64,000 nucleotides of DNA from Candidatus Undinarchaeota archaeon (GTDB lineage: Archaea; SpSt-1190; JASMDC01): positions 486,218 to 550,217 of the forward strand of contig CAZFHY010000001.1 of assembly GCA_964519305.1 (NCBI GenBank). Direction: 5' to 3'. Positions 28,535 through 37,917 of this stretch are shown here, one piece after another. The first letter of the stretch is position 1; the number at the start of each line of letters is the position of its first letter. The position numbers and the translations under genes are program-made. The notes below the pieces were generated by a model. The model had not been told where the DNA came from. It saw nothing but the letters and a program-made list of their open reading frames with translations, and made no database searches.

Positions 28535-30838
28535 CTAGATCCCCGCCGGGTACCGTCGCCGGTCGGATAGCTCAGCGACCTTGCCCGCGTTCCAGCCTGA
28601 CACTTTCTGGTAGTAGCCGGTGATACGGGAGTACCCGTCCACGTTCTTTGATGTGCACTTCACGCACGAGGTCACCAGTTCCGGGTGGACCGAGTCACAA
28701 TCGCAACAGAGAGTAAAGTCCTTGGTGTAGGCGAAGTAGCCCGTTAGCGTGTTGCTAAGGATGCGCTCGGTGAGGCTGTTCAGTGCGTCAGGGGAGGGGT
28801 GGGCCTCACCTAGCCAGATGTGGGTCATAGCACCACCCGAGAGCAGCGGGTGGAATGCAGCCTCACGCTTGATGCGCTCGAAGAGCGGGATGTCAGCAGA
28901 GGGCCTGATATGGGTGGAATTGGTATAGTACGCACCACCGTTCACGGGATCACCCTGATAGAAGGCCTTTGCACCATGTCGCTTGATATCGAGATTTGCT
29001 AGTCGGTTCGCCGTGCTCTCCGCAGGCGTGCGGGAAACGCCGAACAGCAGCCCCGTCTCCTCGGAGAACTCGTTGCAGATGCCGGACATCTCTTTGATGG
29101 CGTTAAGGCCGAAGGCCCATGCCCCGGTCGACTCGTGAAGTTCATCACCAGTGTGGAGTTTGACCATCTCATTGAGACCGACCAGGCCGATCTCCAAGGC
29201 CTGCTTGTCCACCTCGAGGTACGGGGTTCCCTTATCGTCAATAGGTTGTGAGAGGAAGGGGAGCGAGCCCTGTTCAATGCGCTTGTTGACTATGTCGCGC
29301 TTCACCACGTGAACGTCGCGTGCGATGTTCATTCGCTCGTGCAGTAGCTCCATAAGTACCTCGTCACTACCCTTGGCCTCTAGGGCCAGGTTAGGGAGGT
29401 TGAGCGTGACCACCTGGAGCGCGCCGCCACGGACAGTGCCACGTAAGAGGTCAGCATCATCGTTCTGCTCCGAGAGGGGCATCATGAACGAGCAGCACTG
29501 GTAGCAGGCGTACTCCGGCATGTAGTCCTGCTGTAGGAAGTAGTATGGAGTGCCGAACTTCGCCGCAAGAGCGTCCACGGCCCTGATGTCATCGGGACGT
29601 TCCTTGAGGTCCTCCTTGGTGACCTTCACCTCGCATTTCGGGAAGTTGAAGGGCTTTCCCTTGTAATCACCCTCGGAGAACACCTCGATAATGGCCTTGA
29701 AGAACTGATTGGTCTCCTTCTGGAAGTCACCATAAGTGATGTTCTTATCGACCTTCCCTCCAGGGAGCACTGCGGGGACATCGAGCAGTTGTTTAGGTAC
29801 GGAGGGCTCTATATCGATGGACGAGAACACGGTCTGGCCGCCTCGTGCGACATAGATCTGGCTCATCTCGTAGATGAACATCTGGGCCAGCTGCTTCATC
29901 TCCTTGTAGGACTTCCCCTTCATGTAGGGGGCAAGGAGGGTGTTGAACCAGTTGTATCCCTGGCCTCCGGCACAGTTAGTCTGGGCCGAGGCAAGCACCT
30001 TGGTCGCATGGAGGATGGCCACAGCGGCGTGATTGGCGGGTCCGGCCGATGCGGAATGGATGCCGGAACCGTCGGCGTTGTAGCCGTTGCGCAGGAAGAA
30101 GCGCATATCATGTGAGAAGCAGAACGGTCTGAGCACGAAGTAGTCCAGATCGTGGATGTGGATCTTGCCTTGGAGGTGAGCGTCGGCCGCGTACTGGGGG
30201 AGGGCATTGAGCAGAGCGTACTCCTTGAACAGGTGGTCGCCGGCCAGCTTGTGGATGGTCTCCGAGTTGTACTGGAGGTTCGCGTTCTCCCGGGACCGGT
30301 TCTCCACGAGGCTCGTGAGGTCGAACACAGGCATTCCCACCCGCGTGTACACCGACCGCTCGGTCTCATGACCCCGCTTCAGAAGCTCGAAGTTGACGAT
30401 CTCACGGATCATGGGCGCTGATACAAAGGCCAGCTTGTTCTTCTTCAGGAAGCGTTCCACTTCACAGCCGATATCGTGAGCGTCCGAGCGCTTGATCCCC
30501 GTCTCCTTCACGAGCGAATCCTCCACCCGATAGCGGGCGAACCGCTCGTAGGACTCGCGGGACGTTCGGACGTATATCGGTGACACCTTCATGAACTTGG
30601 AGGCGGCCTTCCGGTCCCGCTTACGCAGCGCCTCGAAGATGAGGGGCTTGATGTCGCTCATCTTCATGTGGGGCTTGATGATGAGCTCGACCTCGCGGGT
30701 GACCTCCTCGGCTACCTCATAAGTGGCGCCCGCGGACATGCACAAGGTTGCGATCTTATCTGGCTCGACCATCTCGGCCTCGATGAACCAGTAGGTCAGT
30801 TTATTGGGGTTGTGCATGGATGGATCTGGCGGGACCAT
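28535..30838 (-). CDS. nrdD: Anaerobic (class III) ribonucleoside-triphosphate reductase; exact start uncertain
   Basis: ATP-cone region, IHIHDL, RGGQTVFS, TPAES, YYTNS, CxxC..CxxC Zn site and the glycyl-radical motif SRITGYY. Confidence 0.95.
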   Translation of the reverse strand: MVPPDPSMHNPNKLTYWFIEAEMVEPDKIATLCMSAGATYEVAEEVTREVELIIKPHMKMSDIKPLIFEALRKRDRKAASKFMKVSPIYVRTSRESYERFARYRVEDSLVKETGIKRSDAHDIGCEVERFLKKNKLAFVSAPMIREIVNFELLKRGHETERSVYTRVGMPVFDLTSLVENRSRENANLQYNSETIHKLAGDHLFKEYALLNALPQYAADAHLQGKIHIHDLDYFVLRPFCFSHDMRFFLRNGYNADGSGIHSASAGPANHAAVAILHATKVLASAQTNCAGGQGYNWFNTLLAPYMKGKSYKEMKQLAQMFIYEMSQIYVARGGQTVFSSIDIEPSVPKQLLDVPAVLPGGKVDKNITYGDFQKETNQFFKAIIEVFSEGDYKGKPFNFPKCEVKVTKEDLKERPDDIRAVDALAAKFGTPYYFLQQDYMPEYACYQCCSFMMPLSEQNDDADLLRGTVRGGALQVVTLNLPNLALEAKGSDEVLMELLHERMNIARDVHVVKRDIVNKRIEQGSLPFLSQPIDDKGTPYLEVDKQALEIGLVGLNEMVKLHTGDELHESTGAWAFGLNAIKEMSGICNEFSEETGLLFGVSRTPAESTANRLANLDIKRHGAKAFYQGDPVNGGAYYTNSTHIRPSADIPLFERIKREAAFHPLLSGGAMTHIWLGEAHPSPDALNSLTERILSNTLTGYFAYTKDFTLCCDCDSVHPELVTSCVKCTSKNVDGYSRITGYYQKVSGWNAGKVAELSDRRRYPAGI

Positions 30839-31153
30839 TATAATCTTCCTTCTGTCCCTAGGATTCTGGGATGAGTTCCGCCCGGGGGTGGGGGTGGGTG
30901 GACTTACCCTTCTTCGAAGGGGTTAAAGATAGAATAAATGATTCTTTATATTTACATACTTGGGGGGTAGTGGACCGGTATTCCAAACCCACGGATATCG
31001 TGCTGAATTGGGCTCGGGGACCTCGTTTTTCGAAGTCTTTATAAACGCGGAGGCCGCTTGTCAAGGTACCCTTCAAAATACTATTTAATTAAGACTGTTC
31101 AGAAGGGGTCGGCAGACCACACACTTTTAAGCCTCACGCACGAGCCTTCGATC

Positions 31154-31723
31154 GTGCTCGAGGACATCTCAGGGTGCACGAAATGTGCCCTGGCCGAGCG
31201 GCGCGCCCGCATCGTGGTCGGTGACGGGGACGCCAGCGCTCGCGTCATGCTCATCGGTGAAGCCCCTGGTGCTAAGGAGGACCGCACAGGCAAGCCCTTC
31301 GTGGGCGCTGCGGGACGGTTCCTGAACGAGCTCCTGGACGTGGCCGGACTGCGGCGTGAGGAGGTCTACATCACGAACGTCGTCAAGTGCAGACCGCCGG
31401 GGAACCGTGATCCGAAGCCCGAGGAGATCAGCGCCTGTCGCCCCTTTCTGGAGCGCCAGCTATCCGATGTCCGCCCCGATATGGTGATCACCCTCGGAAG
31501 GGTGGCTGCCAAGGACTTCCTGGGAAGGAAGGTCTCGATCTCTCATGAACATGGGACCGTGGTCGAGCACGGCCTCCTCAGAGTGTTCCTTTCGTTCCAC
31601 CCCGCGGCCGCCCTCTACAATCCAAAGCTCCGTGATGTGCTGGTCGAGGACTTCGGCCTACTGCGAGAAGCGCTGGAGAACCGAGGCGGCACCCAGGCAA
31701 CTACTCTGGACCAGTTCTTCTGA
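31154..31723 (+). CDS. udg: Uracil-DNA glycosylase family 4 (Fe-S)
   Basis: Motifs CTKC.L, IGEAPG..ED..G.PFVG, YITNVVKCRPP.NR, HPAA and a PIP-like C-terminus TLDQFF. GTG start chosen ~25 nt after TTTTAA. Confidence 0.92.
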   Translation: MLEDISGCTKCALAERRARIVVGDGDASARVMLIGEAPGAKEDRTGKPFVGAAGRFLNELLDVAGLRREEVYITNVVKCRPPGNRDPKPEEISACRPFLERQLSDVRPDMVITLGRVAAKDFLGRKVSISHEHGTVVEHGLLRVFLSFHPAAALYNPKLRDVLVEDFGLLREALENRGGTQATTLDQFF

Positions 31724-31747
31724 TCTTGAGCCCGATAAGGCGTGTCC

Positions 31748-32512
31748 CTATCTGAACATCACATCGGACGGTGAGATCGAGGACGCTCCCGGTGTCAGTT
31801 CTTCTGCGCGTTCCTTAACCTGACGGACCTCGGCCTCGATGAGCTCTGCTTGTTGAAGTAGCGGTTCAGCATCGACGCGGAGCTCAGGTAGAAGGGTCGA
31901 AAGAGCCTGGATCAGGTTCGCTGCCGCCCGGGCATCCGGGTATTCCTGGTGCGCCTCCGATATCAAGCAGAACATGTCCTGAGAGCTGTACTCCGCGAGA
32001 TATAGCAGCACGCCGGAGAGCCCGCCCACTACCCCGTTCTCCATAGTGGCGACCTCATAGTCCTTGAGCAGCTGCTTCATATTATCCGTGGAAGTGACGC
32101 CGATTGTGTTCAGCGGCTCCTCCTTGACAGGCATCGACTCCAGTGAAACGACGACAGGTGCGCCCTTCTCCTTGGCCCAGTCGAGGATCCTGGTAGCCAA
32201 CGGCTTGACAAGCGGCGCAGGGGGTACGAACTCGGACATGACCACTATGAAGCTTGAGCAGATCCGCTCGCCCTTGCACACTCGCTTCCCCCCATAGATA
32301 CGAACCGGAGGGAGGGGCACCCCGTCATGGACCACGGCCGCGGGCTGGAACACGGTAGCGTCCATACCCCCGATGCGCTTGAGCTTGAGGGTAGTCGTAA
32401 TGAAGTTGGCCGCGATGGAGCTCACAACACCCATCGTGGGAAAGCAAACGAGGACAAGAGGGTCCTTAAGCCCTTTCAGTCCCTTCTCATAGATAGTGAT
32501 CTCGTCGGTCAT
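31748..32512 (-). CDS. Proteasome assembly chaperone (PAC2/Pba family)
   Basis: Motifs FPTMGVVSSIAA, P.PPVRIY, GGLSGVLL, YPDARAAA, EPLLQQAELIE. Confidence 0.85.
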   Translation of the reverse strand: MTDEITIYEKGLKGLKDPLVLVCFPTMGVVSSIAANFITTTLKLKRIGGMDATVFQPAAVVHDGVPLPPVRIYGGKRVCKGERICSSFIVVMSEFVPPAPLVKPLATRILDWAKEKGAPVVVSLESMPVKEEPLNTIGVTSTDNMKQLLKDYEVATMENGVVGGLSGVLLYLAEYSSQDMFCLISEAHQEYPDARAAANLIQALSTLLPELRVDAEPLLQQAELIEAEVRQVKERAEELTPGASSISPSDVMFR

Positions 32513-32577
32513 CCCGTTTCTCACCGCTGTAGTGGATGCAGCACAGCAATAAAAAGATTGTCGGCCGGGTACACGCC

Positions 32578-33096
32578 ATGTCCTTAAACGTCATGCTCCT
32601 TGCCCAAGAGCTCGGCCGCCTCAAACGTATCCCTCGCACGGGGTGGGCACTACGCGGCGTCCCTGGGCCCGAGTCGGTCGCGGACCATTCGTACCGCACG
32701 ACCGTTCTTGCTATGGTCCTCGGAGACCGCCTTGGGCTCGATACCGATCGCATGATGCGCATGGCGCTCCTTCACGAGCTATCCGAATGTCGGACAGGCG
32801 ATATCCCGTCGGGGGCCATCCCGATCGAGCAGAAGACCGCGATCGAGCAGCGAGTGGCAAGGGATTTGCTCGCCGCTGCTGGCGACGATGGCGTCTATCA
32901 GGAGCTCATCGAGGACTTTCTTGAAGGGCGGAGTCGGGAGGCTCGGCTCGTCCGTGACCTGGACAGGTTGGAGATGCTCCTTCAGGCATTGGAGTACCAG
33001 GACGCAGGATTCCCGGTGTTCGAGGAGTTCTATACCAACACTATAGAGTCCATCCGTGAGCCTGAGGTACGAGCGCTTGCGGAGGCGCTGCGGTGA
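32578..33096 (+). CDS. HD-domain 5'-deoxynucleotidase (YfbR/HDDC2-like)
   Basis: Motifs LKRIPRTGW, ESVADHSY, LHEL.E..TGDI, DLDRLEMLLQALEY. Confidence 0.85.
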   Translation: MSLNVMLLAQELGRLKRIPRTGWALRGVPGPESVADHSYRTTVLAMVLGDRLGLDTDRMMRMALLHELSECRTGDIPSGAIPIEQKTAIEQRVARDLLAAAGDDGVYQELIEDFLEGRSREARLVRDLDRLEMLLQALEYQDAGFPVFEEFYTNTIESIREPEVRALAEALR

Positions 33097-33515
33097 GGTC
33101 CTACGAGTTCCTTCCGCACACGGCGGACATCAAGGTCCTGGCTCGGGGGGATACTCTGGACGAGGCCGTAATGGCAGCAGCGGACGCCCTACTGGCATCC
33201 ATCACCGATATCGCCAAGGTCCAGGATGATGAAGTGATCGATATCACGGTACGCCAGCCCGACCTCGAAACGCTGTTGGTGTCCGCACTGGAGGAACTGT
33301 TGTTCTATCACGAGACCGAGGGAATGGTGTTCAAACGGCTCGAGGTGGGGCGTGTGGAGGAAGGTCCCGAGGGCTGGTTACTCCATGGCACTGCCCACGG
33401 CCAGTTCATCTCCGGGCATCTTATCGAGACCGAGATCAAGGCCATAACGTACAACGATATCCGTGTAGAGCAGGGAAGAAGCGGCTGGATAGTCCAGATA
33501 GTGTTCGATATTTGA
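33093..33515 (+). CDS. Archease
   Basis: YEFLPHTADI ... EIKAITY ... IVFDI C-terminus. Confidence 0.93.
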   Translation: MRSYEFLPHTADIKVLARGDTLDEAVMAAADALLASITDIAKVQDDEVIDITVRQPDLETLLVSALEELLFYHETEGMVFKRLEVGRVEEGPEGWLLHGTAHGQFISGHLIETEIKAITYNDIRVEQGRSGWIVQIVFDI

Positions 33516-33664
33516 AAAGGGCGCAGCCCCGTTGAGTATTTACACAAGGTATATAGTGCTCGGGCACCTTGTTGTATATAGGAGAGAAGGGTAAGACTCG
33601 TTGAGATTAGTACCGAAGCCGTTCCCCCGCAAACGACGACAAGAACTACCACACAAGGACTACT

Positions 33665-34897
33665 ATGGGAACTTCACGACCCGAGACCACACAGACGGTA
33701 CTTTGGGAAGGCGTCGGTAGTCCCACGAACGTGGTCCCTTCACGAGGACATCCTCCTCGGGTCATTCTCTACCTGACTACCCTCCTTCTTCTCGTTATGA
33801 TGGTCGACGTGGTTGCCGCCCCTGAAGAGGCGGACGCCAATACCCTTTGTGCGTGCCCGGGAACGGTGAACGTCTCCACGCTCACATGTTCGTACCACGA
33901 GGACGCTGTGATGGAAGGGTCTGATTTGCCGTACGGACGGACTACCTGCGGGCCGGACACCTGCCCCGTTTACACCGCACCCCTCGGGTACGAGAGGGAG
34001 GTATGCCATCCGCGCAACGGCCCCATACCCGCCATCGGGATAACGGACATACGGATACGTTCTCATCGGACACTCGAGGGAGGGATGGTCGGGCGGGTCA
34101 CGTTCAAGGTGGTCCATACAGAATTCCTACAATCGGCCGAGAATGCGGACAAGGGGTGCGAACACTGTCAGGCCACCGTCTCCTACAGGAACATCGTAAA
34201 GATCTGCACGCACCTTGTCGATGGCCTGTTCAGCTGTGACGTCCCCGGTCCCGTGACGAACATACAACGCCCGGTGGTCACGATCATCGCTACGGATCCC
34301 ATGTGCCATCATTGTACGAAGGCCGATGCACCGCATCTGTGCGATTTCGATGGCAGCCCGGCTCCTGAGACGGGCACGTGCATGCTCCACATCGATGCCC
34401 ACGTCCAGACCGCGTTCTCACTTGAACGCTTTATCGAGCTCAAAGTGCGAAAAATGACTGGGACGGCGGACATCGTAGGCGATTCTATGAAAGCGTATGT
34501 CGGTGAACGGTTCGTGCTAGGTGCTCGTATCACCAACTACTGGACCCTTCCCGTGAACGTCGTGGTCATACTGGATAAGAAGGGGATATGGTCGACCTTC
34601 CAGGAACAGTCGTTCCCTCTCCTTCCCGGTGAGACAAGGACCGTGCCCATCGAACTGTTCCCCTACACGCGTGTCCACGACGCCCGCATCTCTCTCTCCG
34701 TTGAGGAGGCAGGAATCCGCAATCAGCTGGACGAGAGCTCGTTCCACGTCCAGGTGATACATCCGGGAGGTAGCTCGTTCATGACCAATGCTCCGGGTGT
34801 GGGCGCTGTGGACACCGCACTCCTCCTAGTGTTCTCGTCCTTCTTCCTTGCTAATCGGTGTGCGGGGCCGTACACCCGAAAGGGAACGTATAAATAG
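33665..34897 (+). CDS. Secreted Cys-rich protein with a beta-rich C-terminal domain and TM anchor; start uncertain
   Basis: Signal-like VILYLTTLLLLVMMVDVVAA, many Cys, and a C-terminal APG + hydrophobic helix + basic tail. Confidence 0.65.
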   Translation: MGTSRPETTQTVLWEGVGSPTNVVPSRGHPPRVILYLTTLLLLVMMVDVVAAPEEADANTLCACPGTVNVSTLTCSYHEDAVMEGSDLPYGRTTCGPDTCPVYTAPLGYEREVCHPRNGPIPAIGITDIRIRSHRTLEGGMVGRVTFKVVHTEFLQSAENADKGCEHCQATVSYRNIVKICTHLVDGLFSCDVPGPVTNIQRPVVTIIATDPMCHHCTKADAPHLCDFDGSPAPETGTCMLHIDAHVQTAFSLERFIELKVRKMTGTADIVGDSMKAYVGERFVLGARITNYWTLPVNVVVILDKKGIWSTFQEQSFPLLPGETRTVPIELFPYTRVHDARISLSVEEAGIRNQLDESSFHVQVIHPGGSSFMTNAPGVGAVDTALLLVFSSFFLANRCAGPYTRKGTYK

Positions 34898-34934
34898 GGT
34901 TCTCGGACCGGTCTTCATTTAGCAGTGGTTACTC

Positions 34935-35717
34935 ATGTACATCCTTGACGCTCTCCTGCATCGGGACCGCGACGAAGAACCGCTCCGTGTCGCGACGCTC
35001 ATGCACCATGCCAAGGGCTTCAATGCAACGCTGGCCGTCTCTTACTTGGAGAAGGCGGGTGTGGAGGTGCATCAGTACAGGGCGTACATGGGCGAGTTCC
35101 CGGACCCGGAGGCGTATGACGGTTTCATCGGTGTGGGATCATCCTTCAATGTGCGTGATAAGCGTGGACAGCGGTGGCTCGAGCTCGAAAAGGAGTTCTA
35201 CCGCGATGTCGAACGGCCGACATTGGGCATTTGCTTCTCACATCAGGTCATGGCCGAGGCGTATGGTGGCCTTAGCGAAAAAGCTGCTGGCTACGAACTG
35301 TGCAGAGGTGCAGTCAAGGTCCATGTCGACACATCCTGCCCCCTCTACGAGGGACTCGACGATGAGGTCTTCGTATCGGCAGTGCACGGTGATGAGGTCG
35401 TCGAGGTGCCCGGGGAGTTCGAGGTCGATGCCTACTCGGACATATGTGCTGTGGAAGGAATGCACCACCGTGAGAAACCCCTCTACGCGGTCCAGTTCCA
35501 CCCCGAACGTGCCAGTCTCGTAGAACAAGCGGGCCACTCCAACGACGATGGCTACCGTATGTTGGAGAACTTCCTTGGGATCGTGCGTGAGAATAAAATG
35601 GAGAGGGAAGGGACCGATCCCCCCGAGGAAGAGATGCCAGACCAAGGACCCAAGGGAATTTCGCGGATCGGCCATGCTATCGGTAGCTATCTAAAGGACA
35701 TCTTCGGTAGTGGATGA
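34935..35717 (+). CDS. Class I glutamine amidotransferase (GMP synthase-like), stand-alone
   Basis: LGICFSHQ nucleophile elbow, HGDEV and QFHPE. Confidence 0.85.
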   Translation: MYILDALLHRDRDEEPLRVATLMHHAKGFNATLAVSYLEKAGVEVHQYRAYMGEFPDPEAYDGFIGVGSSFNVRDKRGQRWLELEKEFYRDVERPTLGICFSHQVMAEAYGGLSEKAAGYELCRGAVKVHVDTSCPLYEGLDDEVFVSAVHGDEVVEVPGEFEVDAYSDICAVEGMHHREKPLYAVQFHPERASLVEQAGHSNDDGYRMLENFLGIVRENKMEREGTDPPEEEMPDQGPKGISRIGHAIGSYLKDIFGSG

Positions 35718-35734
35718 TCACATGCTGATCAGCA

Positions 35735-36325
35735 TCAGGTCTTAGTATCTTCAAATGGACTGATACCTACTTTCCCCAGCATCTCCAACACGAGAGCTAT
35801 AGGAAGTCCGACGATATTGGAATAACACCCCTCGATCCGTTCGACCAGTGCCGCACCTCGCCCTTGGATGGCGTACGCCCCGGCCTTCCCCATTCCATCT
35901 CCCGAGCCAACATAGGACTGGAACGTCTCTTTGGGAAGGTCCCTGAACCGGACGACGGTACGTTCATGACCGACCTGCAGCACACCTGTGTCACAGTCCA
36001 TTACCGCTATACCGGTGAGTACCTCATGCTGTCTGCCGTTCAGGGACAGAAGGGTCGCCAACGCGTCCTGGGCATGCGCGGGCTTGCCCAACACGCTATC
36101 ATCCAGGAGTATCATAGTATCGGCACCGAGCACCACCGCGTCCTGAAGTTCGAATGCCACGAAGCCAGCTTTCCGTCGGGCGAGCGTCTCCACGTACTCT
36201 ACAGCATCGGTGACACCGGGAAGTGACTCGTCAACTTGTGGCGGGATGACCTCGGGATTGAGCCCTATCTGCTTCAGCAGCGCGAGGCGCTGTTGTGAAC
36301 CGGATGCGAGCACTAGACGTCGCAT
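35735..36325 (-). CDS. maf: Maf nucleoside-triphosphate pyrophosphatase
   Basis: Motifs LVLASGS, GADT, LGKP, KAGAYAIQG, NIVGLP. Confidence 0.93.
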   Translation of the reverse strand: MRRLVLASGSQQRLALLKQIGLNPEVIPPQVDESLPGVTDAVEYVETLARRKAGFVAFELQDAVVLGADTMILLDDSVLGKPAHAQDALATLLSLNGRQHEVLTGIAVMDCDTGVLQVGHERTVVRFRDLPKETFQSYVGSGDGMGKAGAYAIQGRGAALVERIEGCYSNIVGLPIALVLEMLGKVGISPFEDTKT

Positions 36326-36329
36326 ATGC

Positions 36330-37697
36330 CTATGAGGAGCCGTCCGGTTCCTCACGGAGGCTCTCGGCCACGTGCTCAGCTATCTCACGGCCCTTTGCCT
36401 TTACAGCGTCCTCGTTCATGGTGAGGAGCTCGCGGTCGCGCATGACCATCTGGCCGTTGATGATGCTGGTCTCGACATCGTTGTGATCGGCAGCGTAAAC
36501 GATGGACGAGTACACGTTGTAGCTCGGTGTCATATTCGGACTGTCGGTCCCGATCACTATAAGGTCGGCCTTCTTACCGGCCTCAAGGGATCCGATCTTG
36601 TCCTCCATGTGCAGGGCCCGTGCCCCACCGATGGTTGCCATCTCGACCACTCGCTGAGCGGGCATAGCTGTGCAGTCCATGGAGTGGATCTTGTGGAGCT
36701 TTGCGGTCGTGTCCATCTCACCGAACATGTCAAGGTCGTTGTTTGATGCGGCACCATCGGTACCAAGACCAACGTACCCACCCTTGTCAATAAGGTCAGG
36801 GATCGGCGCAACGCCCGATGCGAGCTTCATGTTGCTCTCGGGATTGTGGGCGATACCAGTTCCGGTCTTGACCAGCAGGTCCTTTTCGTTCTCCGTGAGC
36901 CAGACACAATGGGCAGCGACCACGTTGTCGCCCAGGACTCCGATCGAGTTCAGGTACTCAGTAGGCGTCTTGCCGTGCTTCTCCTTGATCTGCTCGACCT
37001 CGCTCTGGGTCTCTGAAAGATGGATGATATAGGGAACGCCCTCCTTATCGGCGAGATCTTTTGCCGCTTTCAGGCTCTTGGGCCCTACTGTGTAGGGTGC
37101 GTGAGGAGCAACGGCAGGTGTGATTAGGTCATCGCCCTTCCAGTCCTTTATGAAAGTCTCAGCGTAATTGATCCCCCCGGCCGGGTCCGCCGAATCCGGT
37201 GATGGGAAGTCCAGGACGGTCTCCCCCAGAACAGCGCGCATGCCAGCTTCCTTAGTGGCCTTAGCGGCCCTATCCTCGAAGTAGTACATGTCGCAGAACG
37301 TGGTAGTTCCGCCCTTGATCATCTCTGCGCACGCCAGCTTGGTCCCGTGGTAGACCATATCGGCGTTCGTGTTCTTCGCCTCGGCAGGGAATATGTAGTC
37401 CTGAAGCCATTCCATTAGAGGCAGGTCGTCAGCCATCCCGCGATAGACGCTCATTGCTGCATGAGTATGAGCGTTCACCAATCCGGGCATCACGATCTTG
37501 CCCGAGGCATCGACATCCTCCTTGGCGTCATAGAGGGTACGGGCCTCCGCGGCCGTCCCCACATATACGATCTCGTCACCCCTCATGGCTACCGCTCCGT
37601 CCTGGTAGACGTTCCGGTCTCCGTCCATGGTGACAACGGTCCCGCCAGTAACCAGGACATCCACGGTCTCCCGGTCTGTGGCTTCATATTCGAACAT
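36330..37697 (-). CDS. mtaD: Amidohydrolase, 5'-methylthioadenosine/S-adenosylhomocysteine deaminase-like
   Basis: Motifs PGLVNAHTH, PHAPYT, HLSET, HNPESNMKLASG, GTDGAASNN. Confidence 0.85.
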   Translation of the reverse strand: MFEYEATDRETVDVLVTGGTVVTMDGDRNVYQDGAVAMRGDEIVYVGTAAEARTLYDAKEDVDASGKIVMPGLVNAHTHAAMSVYRGMADDLPLMEWLQDYIFPAEAKNTNADMVYHGTKLACAEMIKGGTTTFCDMYYFEDRAAKATKEAGMRAVLGETVLDFPSPDSADPAGGINYAETFIKDWKGDDLITPAVAPHAPYTVGPKSLKAAKDLADKEGVPYIIHLSETQSEVEQIKEKHGKTPTEYLNSIGVLGDNVVAAHCVWLTENEKDLLVKTGTGIAHNPESNMKLASGVAPIPDLIDKGGYVGLGTDGAASNNDLDMFGEMDTTAKLHKIHSMDCTAMPAQRVVEMATIGGARALHMEDKIGSLEAGKKADLIVIGTDSPNMTPSYNVYSSIVYAADHNDVETSIINGQMVMRDRELLTMNEDAVKAKGREIAEHVAESLREEPDGSS

Positions 37698-37773
37698 AAT
37701 GACTCACCTTTATGTTGCTACTGTATAGTAGTGTCATTTCTCCTATATATATGTTTCGTCTCCGTGTCCCGTT

Positions 37774-37917
37774 ATGGAGGCTGAGGAGCGAGTGGTCCAG
37801 TATATGAAGCTTGCGTTTGGTGTCTACTTCGCAGCAGGCATCTACCTTATGCTCAACGAGCTGTGTACCATCTCGCGCAGGTTGGAAGAACTCGATCGGC
37901 GCCTTGCGGACCAGTAG
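37774..37917 (+). CDS. Small single-TM protein, 47 aa (not in the ORF track)
   Basis: MEAEERVVQYMKLAFGVYFAAGIYLMLNELCTISRRLEELDRRLADQ. The ATG is ~25 nt after TATATATAT. Confidence 0.5.
   Translation: MEAEERVVQYMKLAFGVYFAAGIYLMLNELCTISRRLEELDRRLADQ

Noticed and set aside
30884-30901. G-quadruplex upstream of nrdD
   Set aside because: The fourth G-run is short and such runs are expected by chance in GC-rich DNA.
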